A stretch of DNA of 64,000 nucleotides from Thalia democratica. Taxonomy: Eukaryota. The stretch is from the NCBI GenBank assembly GCA_965202585.1, contig OZ241832.1:45384001-45448000 (forward strand), given 5' to 3'. The notes beneath the pieces were generated by a model. That model was not told the DNA's origin. It worked only from the letters and a program-made list of their open reading frames with translations, and searched no databases. The position numbers were made by a program, and so were the translations under genes. Shown piece by piece: positions 50,236-62,343 of this stretch. Positions within the stretch are counted from its first letter, which is position 1. Every line of letters starts with the position of its first letter.

Positions 50236-52187
50236 AGAAAAATATAACGCTTGTTTTTAATATATTTTTAGTTTTAAAAAACTTTTAAGTAAAAATGTAT
50301 ACTTTATGGCTTAAATCATTTTTATATAATAATTTAGTTTGTATTTCTAATTTTTTTTTTATCTTATTATATTTTTCTTATCGACGCTTTGAGTTAAACA
50401 TTGTTTGTAATAATTAGAGTAATATATATGAGAAAATAACTTAAAATTAAAAAAAAGTCAAAAAAACTAATAGTGAAATATAACTTTTTTTACTCTAAAC
50501 TATAAAAGTCTTCTTTAAAACCTGTAGAGGTCATAACGTTTTCTATAATAAATAACAATTTACTTTAAAAATATGTTATTTTATGATATATTTTATAATT
50601 TAGATACTTAACATACTTTTTTTCTACAAAAAACTGTACTGCAACAAACAATTTACAAATAAGTACTGTATTATAATGTATTCATATTTAACATTAAAAA
50701 ATAGATGTTTAATAGCATATTAAAATAAAACATGTTACAACAGTTTTTTCAAATAAATATTATTAAAGTTGTGTAATTTTTTCATTTAAATTAATAATCG
50801 TATCAATTTAAAAAACTACAATTTAAGATAATAAAAACAATTTTATCATTACATTTTTACGATACTAAACATGCCTGATAACTGATTTTTGTCCATCTTT
50901 GTTATCTTCATACCAATTCAATATTTTTTTATTGTAAGAATATTCGTATTTTTTATACACTGTGTCTAAATATCTTTTAGTTTAAGTATGTGTTCTTATG
51001 TATAAACATAAATATCTTTTTCAAATTTATATATATTTAAAAAGGTGTATAAGTTAATATGAATACATTTTCAAACATTTAGATGCTTTCTCACTAAAAT
51101 AAGTTTCAAGTAGTTTATATCTATATTGTGCATTGCTTACTTGTTTTATACTTAATTTGCCGTTGACTCAGTAATATTTTTAGCTTTATTGTTAGATTTA
51201 AAGAAACTTTAGATTGCTAAATAACGTATTTTATACCTGTCTATTTTATTTACTTGTTGTATTCATAACTTTTTCGTTTTAGAAACAATCATTTACTTTA
51301 TTTATGTCTTTTAAATAAAAAAATTCTCCGAGAAATGACTTTTTGCTGATAATTTTTTTTTTCATTTTATTTGTAATTAGTTTATTTATCTAAAAATAAC
51401 ATGCAATACAAGTTTAAAATAACCTAATATTCACTAAAAAAGCTTGTATGTATAACATCTAGTTTAAATATTCAAAAATTAAAAAAGCTTCCAGTCAAAT
51501 TATTTATCATTAAACTACATACCTTTTTCAAGACAAAAGAAATGTTTTCAAAACAGTTTACTGCTTAAAAATAAATTAATTATAAAAGAAACAGTTTTTT
51601 TGTAAATGTTTTAAGGAATAAAAGTTTTTTCAATGTAAACAAATATTTTAATTTTTTTTGTGTTGTAACAGTTTGTAAATGCTTAGAAGGTATAAAATAT
51701 AAATTTTTGATAATGAAAAAGTGCTTATTTCCATGAAATTATTCTAAAAACTTAAAAAATGAGTTCTATGGGTTATCTTCGAAGAATACATCAGCTAAAA
51801 CTATCTAAAAAACTTTAAAAAAACATATTTTACAAAATTTCCAAAATAATTTTATAACCTTCTTAAAATATAATAAATCTATGGTTTAAAAAAGTATACA
51901 TATACATCCCGTACCTTGTCGGCAAAGTACCTTAATGTTTAATTTTTACTAAGTTAAGGACAAAAAAATTATTTTTTTTTTGTAAAAAACAAAACTTTAA
52001 AATATCCCTAATTGAAATATTTTATTTCATTGCTGATCAAAAACTTAAAGACATCAAAATCGATCTTTGCAAAATCCTTCAAACTGCCTCACGCAATTTA
52101 ACATATTTTATACTGTGAATACATTTTTAAAATTTGCTAAAGAGCTTTAACTGCATTTTAATCTTAATTTTCAGATCAATAAAGTTC

Positions 52188-52411
52188 AGTATACTCACAA
52201 CTTCCATCTGCGCAGTTCCCCAAATCGATTCCTACCCGATCAAACCCCACCCAAAAACATTTTTATTTATGTTTCGTTTTCACTGTAACTGTGTTACCCC
52301 TTATACCCTTGGTCGATAACTTTTTTCTTATTTATGTATACTTCTTTATTTTTATATATTTGGCTGACAATTGTGCGGGTTGGATTGTGCTGGGTTGGAA
52401 TTGAGCGTGTC
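52188..52411. mobile_element. MITE of the CCACCC-array family
   Basis: Degenerate left end GTATACTCACAACTTCC, right end GGAATTGAGCGTGTCCC, core CTGTTACCCC motif. Confidence 0.5.
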
Positions 52412-53069
52412 CCACAACATTCAAAAAATAAATTGTTATTTTTCTAGTTTGTCTACTAAGCCATGGCATTTCCGAAATCTATTTTTAATACTTTTCATAC
52501 AACTTGTTATTTTTAATTTTATTAACAAAACTATGTTTCACTCGTTTTAAATAAATCAAATAAGATCCTTAAGTAAAAAATCTGTAAACTTTTTATATAT
52601 AAGTATGCAAGAAGACATAAGGATAAACTTGAAATAAAACTGGCGTTTATGTGCAAAAAACAACAAAATAAAATTTAATTCTAAAATTTTTTTCTAAATT
52701 ATCAATTTAGAAAAATCATAATATTGACAGGCAAGTTCACGCTAAGGTTAGCAAAATATAAGCTACTTAATAATATTATAAAGTAAAAAACTTTAAACAG
52801 AAACATACTTACAAATAGCAGGCTTGTAAAATTTTTGAAAAAAAAATCTTTTAGCTAAAACACTAAAGTGAATTATTGCTTTTACTGTTTATAAAAAGTT
52901 AACTATCGTACTGTGACATAATTAAGAGCTTTACTTAAAAAATCTAATAGTGTTATAAATTTTAAATTGGTTACTTTTATTGTTTTTAATATTTACGTGT
53001 ACAGTTTGAAATTATATTGTGTTAATCAAATCTTAATAAGTTAAAAAACCTTTTTAAAATGAAAACTTT

Positions 53070-53290
53070 AGCTCGTTCCTTTTTTTAATGGAGCTCCCCG
53101 TCAGCCTTCGCTATTTCCATCTTCTTATAGGTACAGATCATTCAGATTTTCTGCGGATTCCTTATTTCTCCGATGCCCTGTAAAATGTTCTTGTTAATAT
53201 TGTATTCAGTGTTATTGATTTTTAGTTTCCAAGTGTATTTCGACAGTTCGGTGCCTTTTTTCCTGTGGACTTTCAAATCTCTAATATGAC
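53070..53290 (-). pseudogene. Decayed PLE endonuclease C-terminal fragment from a different PLE lineage
   Basis: Minus strand HRKKGTELSKYTWKLKINNTEYNINKNIL..KI*MICTYKKMEI..LH*KKE matches the TELSKYIWxLK..CxLCxxEK..LNxRxE signature of some C-terminal-EN PLEs. Truncated by the element starting at 53292. Confidence 0.7.
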
Positions 53291-53291
53291 C

Positions 53292-53520
53292 GGGACACGT
53301 TCAAAATCCACCCGAGTCAAAATCCACCCGATCAAAATCAACCCGGTTCAAAATCCACCCGATCAAAATCAACCCGACTCTAAATCCACCCGATCAAAAT
53401 CCACCCGATCAAAATCAACCCGACTCTAAATCCACCCGATCAAAATCCATCCGAGTCAAAATCCACCCGATCAAATCCACCCGGTTCAAAATCCACCCGA
53501 TCAAAATCAACCCGAGTTCA
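53292..53520 (+). repeat. Left terminus plus subterminal ~14-15-nt tandem array (AAATCCACCCGATC) of a putative MULE-type element
   Basis: GGGACACGTTCAAAATCC start; reverse-complement relative ..GAGCGTGTCCC at 52400-52411; same unit as 705-1167 in the opposite orientation. The link to the 55956 transposase is inferred; no right end found. Confidence 0.65.
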
Positions 53521-55955
53521 TTTTTTTTCGAAATAAGAATTAATTTCTAATAGAATTTTGTAATGTTGAATAAAGTTATATGTTTAAACAACTATTGGTA
53601 TAAAAAAGAGTAAGTATTTATAAAGAAAGAAATTTTGATTTACTTATTAAAATAATTAAAAAAGTAAGTTAAACAATATAATTAAACAGAAATAAAAAAA
53701 ATATTCATAGTAGCTTTACAAGTATTTAAAATGTTTATAATTTATTAATGTTAGTAGTGTTGGTGTTACTTTTAAAAAAAGAAGTTAAAAAAAAATAAAA
53801 AAAGAATTACGCTCAGTTTTAATCCATTTAAACTTCCTTCTAATTTAATTTCCCAAAGTCAATCATAATTAAATAAAAATATTTACTAAGGATAACTAAT
53901 AGTAAATTAAAGTATCAAAACTATAGAAGTTTATAAATTAGAAGAATCTTTAATAACATTTATTAAACTAAAGAAAATTACAAAAATCAAATACCAAATA
54001 ATGTAAATTTATAAAAATGTTAATAAAATGTTACAAAAAGAAAATTAAAATATTAATCTAAAATTTTTGAGCTTTTTTTTTTTGATGTAAAAAGTTTTGT
54101 GTTTTGTGCTTTACTTAAATTTCAAAATAGTATTACATTCAATATTTTATTATATAAAAAATTTAAACTAACAGTGTTTATAAAAAATAAAATATAGATA
54201 AAGAATTATATAAAATTGCTACGTGATAATAAAATAAAAATTCTTTGTTAAATTTGGAAAAACTATCACCTATTAATTATATTTTAAACATTATTGTTTT
54301 CGACGTGGAAAAGACGTTAAAAGATATTTTTAGTGTGCGACTCGATAACTTTAAGGTATGTTCGTGCAAGAGGACTTAGGACCAAATATTTTGAGCGCTT
54401 TTATTTGTCGTTTAGTAAAAATTTATTGACGTTTCTTTTATTAGTAATTTTTAAAAAAAGAACATAAATTTTAATATAAAAATACGAAAACTAATTTACT
54501 AAAAATATAAATGAGGAATATGTAAGAAATCAATAACTGTTTTAAAACAATTTTATTGTTTTCTATCTAATTTTTGTTACAAATATTTTTTAGTTATTTT
54601 TTTTTAATTTATACAATAATTTTAGCTGCTATTATCTTTTTTTCAAAGTGTTTAAGTTATTTGAATTTAATTTTATTAAAGGTTTTTTTTATAAACCATC
54701 TATTTTTGAAAAAACTAAAAATTGTTTCGTCTAAAGTAACTAAAGTTATAAGTTATTTTTAATTAGATAACAACTTAATTTGCTAGTTTTTAAGTAATAG
54801 TACAAATTAAAAAGCTAAACATTTTTCTATGAATTCTAAAGTCCTTTAAAAAAACAAATATCGACTCTACAATTCATTGAGTTTGCTCAAATAGCTTGTA
54901 AATTGCAACTAAAAAAGTTAGTAGTTAGACTTGAGCTAGGGAAATTATATACTTTAGAATTGTAGTAGTAAACAAATAAGTTTAGTTTTTTAGAAATGAC
55001 ACTATATTTATAACAAATGTTACGAAAAAAAAACTTATAACATTTTTAATTTATTATTAAAATGTTCTATTTTTACATATGTTCATTAAAAAAAGTATGT
55101 ATTTCAGACAAGAGAGTTTAAATTCAAGTATAAGTTATTTTTATGAATTTTTGTACCAGACTGTATCAACTTAAACAATCGTATTATTAATTTTATTAAT
55201 AGGTTAAGGCTAGTTTTGAAACTGATTAATTGAGTGGTTTTATAAAATTTAATCTCTTTTGGTTAACGTTTAAATTTTAAATTTAAAATTTTCTAATCTA
55301 AAACTTTTAATTTACATGCCATAAATTTTCTTGAATTAATTTCTGACAATTTAAGTTAAAAGCTATAACTGCATGTTTTTAATTAATTAGTTGTAAACGT
55401 TTTATGTTTTTTTATAAATATAAAGTTGCATAGAAATTGTAATTAAGTAAGATAAATTATTATTTACTGTTCAATATTATATTGTTAATTGATATTTTTT
55501 AATTCATAGAAATGGAAATGTTATTATTTACCACTATTTTTTTTAAATATAATCTTCATATAAAAAAAGTCCATTTGTTAAAACTTAAGAAATTTTAAGT
55601 AATTTAATTAAAAATGAAACAATATTAAAATTAAACAAAATTTTATATTGGTTATAACGAATTTAAACGGTAAAGACAACTATTGTTATAACAAATTGTT
55701 TAGTAGACAAATTAACTTTAAAAGCGTGAAAATTTTGTCTAACAAATAAAACCGAAAATTAATAAATATTTAATTTAAAGTTAATATTGAAAAATCTTTA
55801 AATGGCAATACAGTAAAGGTAACTATCTAAAGTAAATTAGTGACCTTTTCTTAACAAAGATTTCTAATAGTTACAAGTTTTAGTTTGTGAACACTACAAC
55901 TGTAATACTTACTGAGGTAATAAATTTTAGATCACTTTACTAACAAAATCAAAGT

Positions 55956-58389
55956 ATGTCAGTTACATTTACAAAAAACCAGAAAAACAAAACGGTCGCT
56001 TGCTTTGAAGGGCATTCTTTTTTTAAAGCCAAGGCATCTAAAAGAGACCCCACCTTAATATTTTATACATGTGAAATGTATTATAACAAGGACATCAAAT
56101 GTCTAGGCAGGGTAATTTTAAAACTTTAACTAGTTCATTATTCTAGTCTGCAAATCTTAAATTTATTTGTTTATTATAATAGGACTTTTTCAATAAAATT
56201 TTATAAAATGCTTTTTATTATTACTTGTTGTCTTATGTTGAAACAACTCATATATATTCTATTATTCAGAAGATTATCTAATAATATTTTTGTAAACTAC
56301 TATAAAATAATTGTTTTAAGTTATTTATATTTATGTATATGTAAAATATACAAAATTATTGTAAAAAAATGCAGTTTTTTTGCTGTTTCTTCATTAGAGT
56401 TACATCTTTAACAGTTATTCACAGCACTTTTGTCTAAAGACTTATAAAAAAGCTACATATACATATAATATATAGGCACAGAACTTTAGCTTTTTGTAAA
56501 GACTAAATAAACTGTGTTGCAAATTTAATACTAGGATAGTTTTTTTTATTTCTTTATATAATCATTTGTTTAAAATATATTTTAACCAGGGTTGCCACAA
56601 GTTCAGGAAATGTCAGGAAAAACTCAGGGAATTTTCAATTTGAAAAAAATCTCAGAGAATCTCATGGAAACTCAAGGAATTTCGATTTATTTTTTAAACT
56701 CAGGGAAGTTTTGATTTTTTCTAAAAAACTCAGGGAAGTTTTAAGATTAAAAAAAACTCAGTAAATTTTTTGCTTGATTTTTAAATGAGATTTAATTAAT
56801 CTGGTTCAATATTTTGTTCAAGAAAATTAATTTTAATTACTTTTAAGTTCTTATTTAGAAATTTTTAAATTTTGTGGCTACTTTTTAAGGATAAAAAAAA
56901 ACTCAGGGAAGTTTAAGGTTACTCAGGGAAGTTTCTGGTCACTCAGGGAAGACTTTTTGACTCAAAGAGTGGCAACCCTGCAGACAAAATGTAATAATTA
57001 AAAAAAAAATTCCTGAATTTTTTCAAAAACCCCAATTTTTATCTGACTTTTGTCATTAAGTTAGGTAAAAATTGGGGTTTTATAAACAATTTAGAAAATT
57101 TTTGAAAAATTGAGTGGTAACCCTGTGTTTACCATCAATAATAATAATTAAGTAGTTTTGTAGTAATGTTTTTATTGTTAGTACATAGGGTTTGTCTTAG
57201 ATATTAAAGATAATTGTTATAGTTCATCATCTTATAAGTTACTACTAATAAATTTTCAGTTACACATCAGAGGAAATCAGGTCATAAAAGAGGTAGGGTC
57301 TCACTCTCATCTACCAAATCCATCAAAAATAAAGGTATATCTATTTGTAAATAACAGTTTAAAAAAAATCTATTTAAAAAATTTTATTAACTGGGGCTGC
57401 TGAAATAAACAACTTTATTTAACAGGTACGTAAAGCTGTTGAAGAGTTGAAAAAATTGAGCAAAACTGGCATTGTTAGCACAGAAAACTCTGTCAGTAGA
57501 TCCTTGAAGGTAGCTGGTGAAAGTTGTGGAATGCAATTACCAAACAGAGATTCGTTAAAACAAAGAAGTAGGAAAGCGAGACAAAAAGCTGGAAATGTTG
57601 TTCCCGAACCAACTAACTTGCGGGACTTAATATTGCCAGAATATCTAACTACATTAGACGACAGTACTAACTTCCTTCTCCATGATTTTTTAAATGAAGT
57701 AGCTGGCTCAAGGATAATCATTTTTTCAACTCATAAAAACCTTGAGTTGCTTGCTAGGTGCAAAAAAATCATGTCAGATGGTACATTTAGTACAGCACCA
57801 ACAAGGCATTTCAATCAGCTATATACCATTCATGGAGAAGTCATGGAGACAAGTTTAGACGAAAAACCTGCTGTATTCCCTTTAGTGTACGCTCTGCTTC
57901 AAAACACAGGACACATACACTAGACTTCTCACTACATTAAACAATGTAAACAAAGATGTTTCTTTAGCCTCAGATCTTTTGCTTCAACATAGGGGTTGTC
58001 CAAATGAAGCAAAACCTATTGTTAAGTATTTCGTTCACACTTACATCGGTGCCGAAGGTCGAGAACCACTTTTTCCGATAAACTTTTGGAGTGTTTACGA
58101 AAGAACAAGGTCAAATTGCTTCCGGACAAACAACTGTGTTGAGGGTTGGCACAGACGATTTAAGTCCGACATGCAGTGTGCCAACCCTGGCGTGTTTAAG
58201 TGTGTGCAGACAATTGTCAAGGAACAAAAAACTCAAAGCTTGGAAATTATGAGGTTAAACGCAGGTGAACCTCCAAAAAAGAAACAAAAACAGTACAGAG
58301 ATCTTGACCAGAGGTTGAAAAGAATTGTAAATAGTCGTTCTGAAAAAACTATATTAGAATACCTTAGAGGTATTGCCCATAACCTTTAA
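55956..58389 (+). pseudogene. Spliced FLYWCH-domain MULE (Mutator-like) transposase, frameshifted and internally deleted
   Basis: Exons 55956-56111, 57260-57334 and 57426-58389 are in phase. FLYWCH: F..FEGHSF..YTC..C..HSH. MULE motifs: RIIIFST..L..L, MSDGTFSTAP..FNQLYTIHG, PLVYALL, YFVHTYIG, RTNNCVEGWHRRF. Frameshift near 57905; the DFE..CxFH block is missing. Confidence 0.85.
56587..56980. mobile_element. MITE with CAGGGTTGCC TIRs and ACTCAGGGAA subterminal repeats, in transposase intron 1
   Basis: TIR pair seen directly; a further GGTAACCCTG end lies at ~57115-57125. Confidence 0.75.
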
Positions 58390-59417
58390 TAACTAGCGTT
58401 TGTATTATTATTCGTTTTTTTTCATAAATTTGTTTAAATAAGTTCATTTTAATGTCATAAAGATTTAAATTCATTGTTGTGTGCTGTTTAGTTCTTTTAA
58501 AAATTTTGAAAAATAGTTTATACCAATAACATTTTAGAGTATTTATATAGTATCTTTTATGTTAACTTTTTGTTCGAGATATTTAAGCAGGCAACTTTAA
58601 TTTGCTTTACACCTGTACCAATTTAGTCTTTTTTTTTTTCATTAAGTTGCTTAATTTGGTTTATTTATATGTCATAAAGATTTAAATTTAGTGTTATGTA
58701 TAATTAAGTTCTTTTGAAGATTTAGAAAAAACATTTTTGCCACTAACATTTTAAAGATTTATATAGTATTCATTATGTTTTTTTTTTCTAGGCATTTAAG
58801 CAGACAACTTCAGTTTGCTAATACCTGTACCAGTTTTGTTTTCGTTCGTTATTAAATTCTTTAATATGTTATGTTGCATAACAACTAATATAGTATATTA
58901 CACCTATTAGATTTAAATCTAAACTTAGTAACTATATTTATAATATCATTATTAATATTGATAAATTAATATCAAGTAGTGTAAAACTTTGGTAAATTAT
59001 TACAACTTTATTAAAAGCTTAGAAGCATTGTCTAACTAACATGACCATAGCTTTTAAAGATTAAAACAGCTTAAAAAATTATTAAATTTTTATATATGTA
59101 AAACGTTAAGATCTTGAAGTTTTCAGTAATAGATTAATACGACATGACACAAAAGAGTGTGTATTTGTATGTTCTAAAAATTTTACAAAACTTTTTTTTT
59201 GTACTATAGTTTCTAAAAATGGTATAAAAAGACATTTAAAAACTTCATGTCTAATTAATAACAACTTTACTGTTTTTCAAAATCAAACTTTAAGTTTTAA
59301 ATAAGCTTAGCTTATTTTATTCCAAATATAGTTCACAAAGAAACTAATTAAAGTATAAGTGCCTAGGTTTTGATGCCTGGGTCCTTCGTATGACAATAAA
59401 CTTACAATAATAATTAA

Positions 59418-59600
59418 CATAAAGTGATGATCATACCAATTAGATCATCAGACCACAAGCACTTGGTAGACTGAGACCCGATCTGAGTCTAACAAGTGTT
59501 TGTGGTTTGATGATTGAATAGGTATAATCAAACCTTTATGTAAAACAGAGCTTGCCTCACGGCACAAGATTTTCTGAACTATTTCTACCGGCTTTCGCCA
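59418..59600. mobile_element. Collapsed fold-back derivative of family A with both HHR cores deleted
   Basis: Inverted repeat 59418-59540 centred on AGACTGA-GACCCGATC-TGAGTCT; family tail CTTGCCTCACGGC..GCTTTCGCCA follows. Confidence 0.75.
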
Positions 59601-59912
59601 AAGTTGTCATTTAATTAACAATTAATTATTTTTATAGCTAAGACTAAAAAAAATACTTTTATAGATAAATATCTTGTTAAGACCTTTCACATAAAAAAAT
59701 TATATTAAAAAAAACACAAACTAAATGAATTTTAAACGTTTGCCTTTTACTTTTTTGTAATTAAAAGTAACGAAGATGCAGTTGGATTTAATCAGAGTCG
59801 GCAGACAATTGTTTATCTCGGGCCAAATTTCATGTTTCAATTTTTTCCGCGAGCCGTTGTTTTATTCAATTTTTGTTTTTAATCTGTTTTAGTCACGTTT
59901 ATCTACTTATAG

Positions 59913-62343
59913 TAGGGGTGGGCAACGTAAATAGTTGACGGCCCGGATCAAAAAAAAATAGTCCTCAGCGGGCCGGAGCATTTCGAAATAGTGATCTACC
60001 GGTTTCAGCTGGATCCTTTTTTAGATCCGGATCATAATTTGAAAATATTATCATGATCCGGTTAAATACTAATTTTAAACAAAGATCCGGATCCGAATGG
60101 AAGCTAATTTGAAAAAGATTTCGATCCAGCTGGATGCTATTTGATCGGGTATTTCAGAACTTTGAATCAGTATTTTAATTACCAAGGTTCTCAAGTATGA
60201 AATTTTGTACTAATTTTTATTAAGTATTCATAACTCTGTATTTGTTATAACTCTGGACCGAATTAATTCTAGATCGTCTTATAAAAACAATAACTTACTT
60301 AGTAAAAAATACTCGAGCCTTATTTTTCAGAAATCTATCAGAAATTGTCTAATTTTGGAAATCCTTGGCTAGAGTTTTTATTAATAATAATATTCAGAAG
60401 TTAACTAACATTACAAAATTAAACTACTAACTTTTAATTTGAACAAACTAATAAAGATTCTATTTTTTGCACGTATAAAAGAAACCAAACTACAAATAGT
60501 TCTGATATAATAAACAGTTTTACCATAAAAATCGAAAAAATAAAATAAAAAGATCTCGATGAAACACTTAAGGTTAATCATATATTACAGTTGTTTAAAT
60601 CTAGTTGCATGACGGTTTGGGAAAATCTGCAAGTGCACTGAAATATCGATTAGGTTTGAAATTAGCTTATCCTTGCTAATAATTATGGTCAGAAATGTTT
60701 TTTATCAAACGTATGAAGTCTCGAACAAAACAACTAGTTTCACGGTCATATCTTGAAGTTTACAAACTTTGGCTCGTTTAATAATAGATAAAAATCTATC
60801 TAAAAATCTACTAAAAGCAACGAAAATTATATGTTTGATTTAAATGTCATATCAAAATATTTAAAAACCGTTAAACCTAGATAAAAAACTACTTTGGCTT
60901 AAAATTCTAGTACTTTTACTTTCAAAATACCAAACAGTAATGATCAACTTATGAAACTTAACTAAGTTCTGTACTCAAAAAATAATATTATCAAACAATT
61001 CATCTAAAACACTTTTATAAAAGTATAACATAAAATAACGAAATACTAAAATTAAAAAGAGATTAATTTATAATTAAACATGATAACCATATTAATTTTT
61101 AAGTCTTTTAGATTAAGATCAGTTTCACTAATGAAAATAGTACTTAAACGAAAAACTAACATATAAAACTATCATATTATATTTTAAATCTAAGGTTGAA
61201 GAGTTTAGCAAGAATAATTACACTAAAAAGAAGTCAATGAGACATTTGTTGATCATAAAAGGTTTTAACAAGTTGTTTAAAATCTTAAAGTATATTTGAA
61301 GTAGATATTCTCAGTAATGACTGCAGATTGGTATCAGTAAGATTTGAACGCAGCTAACTTTTGTTTATATACATGGTTGAGACTGTTTGTTCGCAAGAAT
61401 ATGTAGACCCAAACAGAACAAGTAAACTGATTGCCATCTTTTTTAAATTAACAAACTTTGACTACTTAAGTAGGGCGTAAAATCTATCAAACTTTTAAGG
61501 TTCTTTTTAGTGTACTGTTACATTGAAGTTTAGCAGTTCTAACTGTATATTTCTAGGTGCATTTTCGGTGTCAAACGTCAATTATGGTGACACAATATCA
61601 AACTCTTCTATTAGTTGTTGAAAGTCTGCAAAACGACGACCAAACTCATTATCAAGTGAAACTATTGTCACCAATTAATCATAACTAAACTTAACCATAT
61701 AATTAATCAAAAAGTCATAAATAAAAAAATCAATAGCAGAAAAAAGTGGAAATTATAGTCTCAACTAAAAATATTTTATTAAAATTTAATGTTGATCAGT
61801 TTGACTTAAAATAATTGTCAATGCTTAAAAAGATTTTTTTTACTTTTCTAAACAAGTATAAAAACAACTCAATACACATCTGAGAAAGACAGCAATCTTT
61901 AACACGTCCATTTTTTATGAAAGTCATTATGGTAGGTAAGATCATCAAATCTAGTTAAGCAAACAACTGTTTTTGGATAGTTTGAGAAAGGATTACTTCA
62001 ACTGACTCGAAACAGAAAAAAAATACTTTAAGTAAAGAGTGTTTTTATCACCACAAAAATAAAAAGCCAGTTTTAAAAACGTTGTCAAGGTCAAAGTCTT
62101 ACATTTTTGTTTTATTGAAATATTTCTAAAAAGTTTTTTTTACAAATTTTGTAATATTTACATTGGTTGGCCGGATTTCATATAAATTTTGAAAATGCTT
62201 AGCGGGCCGGATCATCTACTCGCGGGCCGGATCAATTTTGTCCGCGGGCCAGATACCATTTAAATTTAAAAAAGGTTTGGGGGCCGGTCATTTTCACTTC
62301 GCGGGCCGGATCCGGCCCGCGGGCCGTACGTTGCCCACCCCTA
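59913..62343 (-). mobile_element. hAT (Charlie/GTF2IRD2-like) transposon derivative with perfect 8-bp TSD
   Basis: TIR TAGGGGTGGGCAACGTA; TSD ACTTATAG on both sides; minus-strand remnants FGRRFADF, NIQLELL, FGSTYSCEQTVSTM..KS*LRSNLTD at ~61290-61670. A fragment of the 33453 hAT family starts at 59989. Confidence 0.88.
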
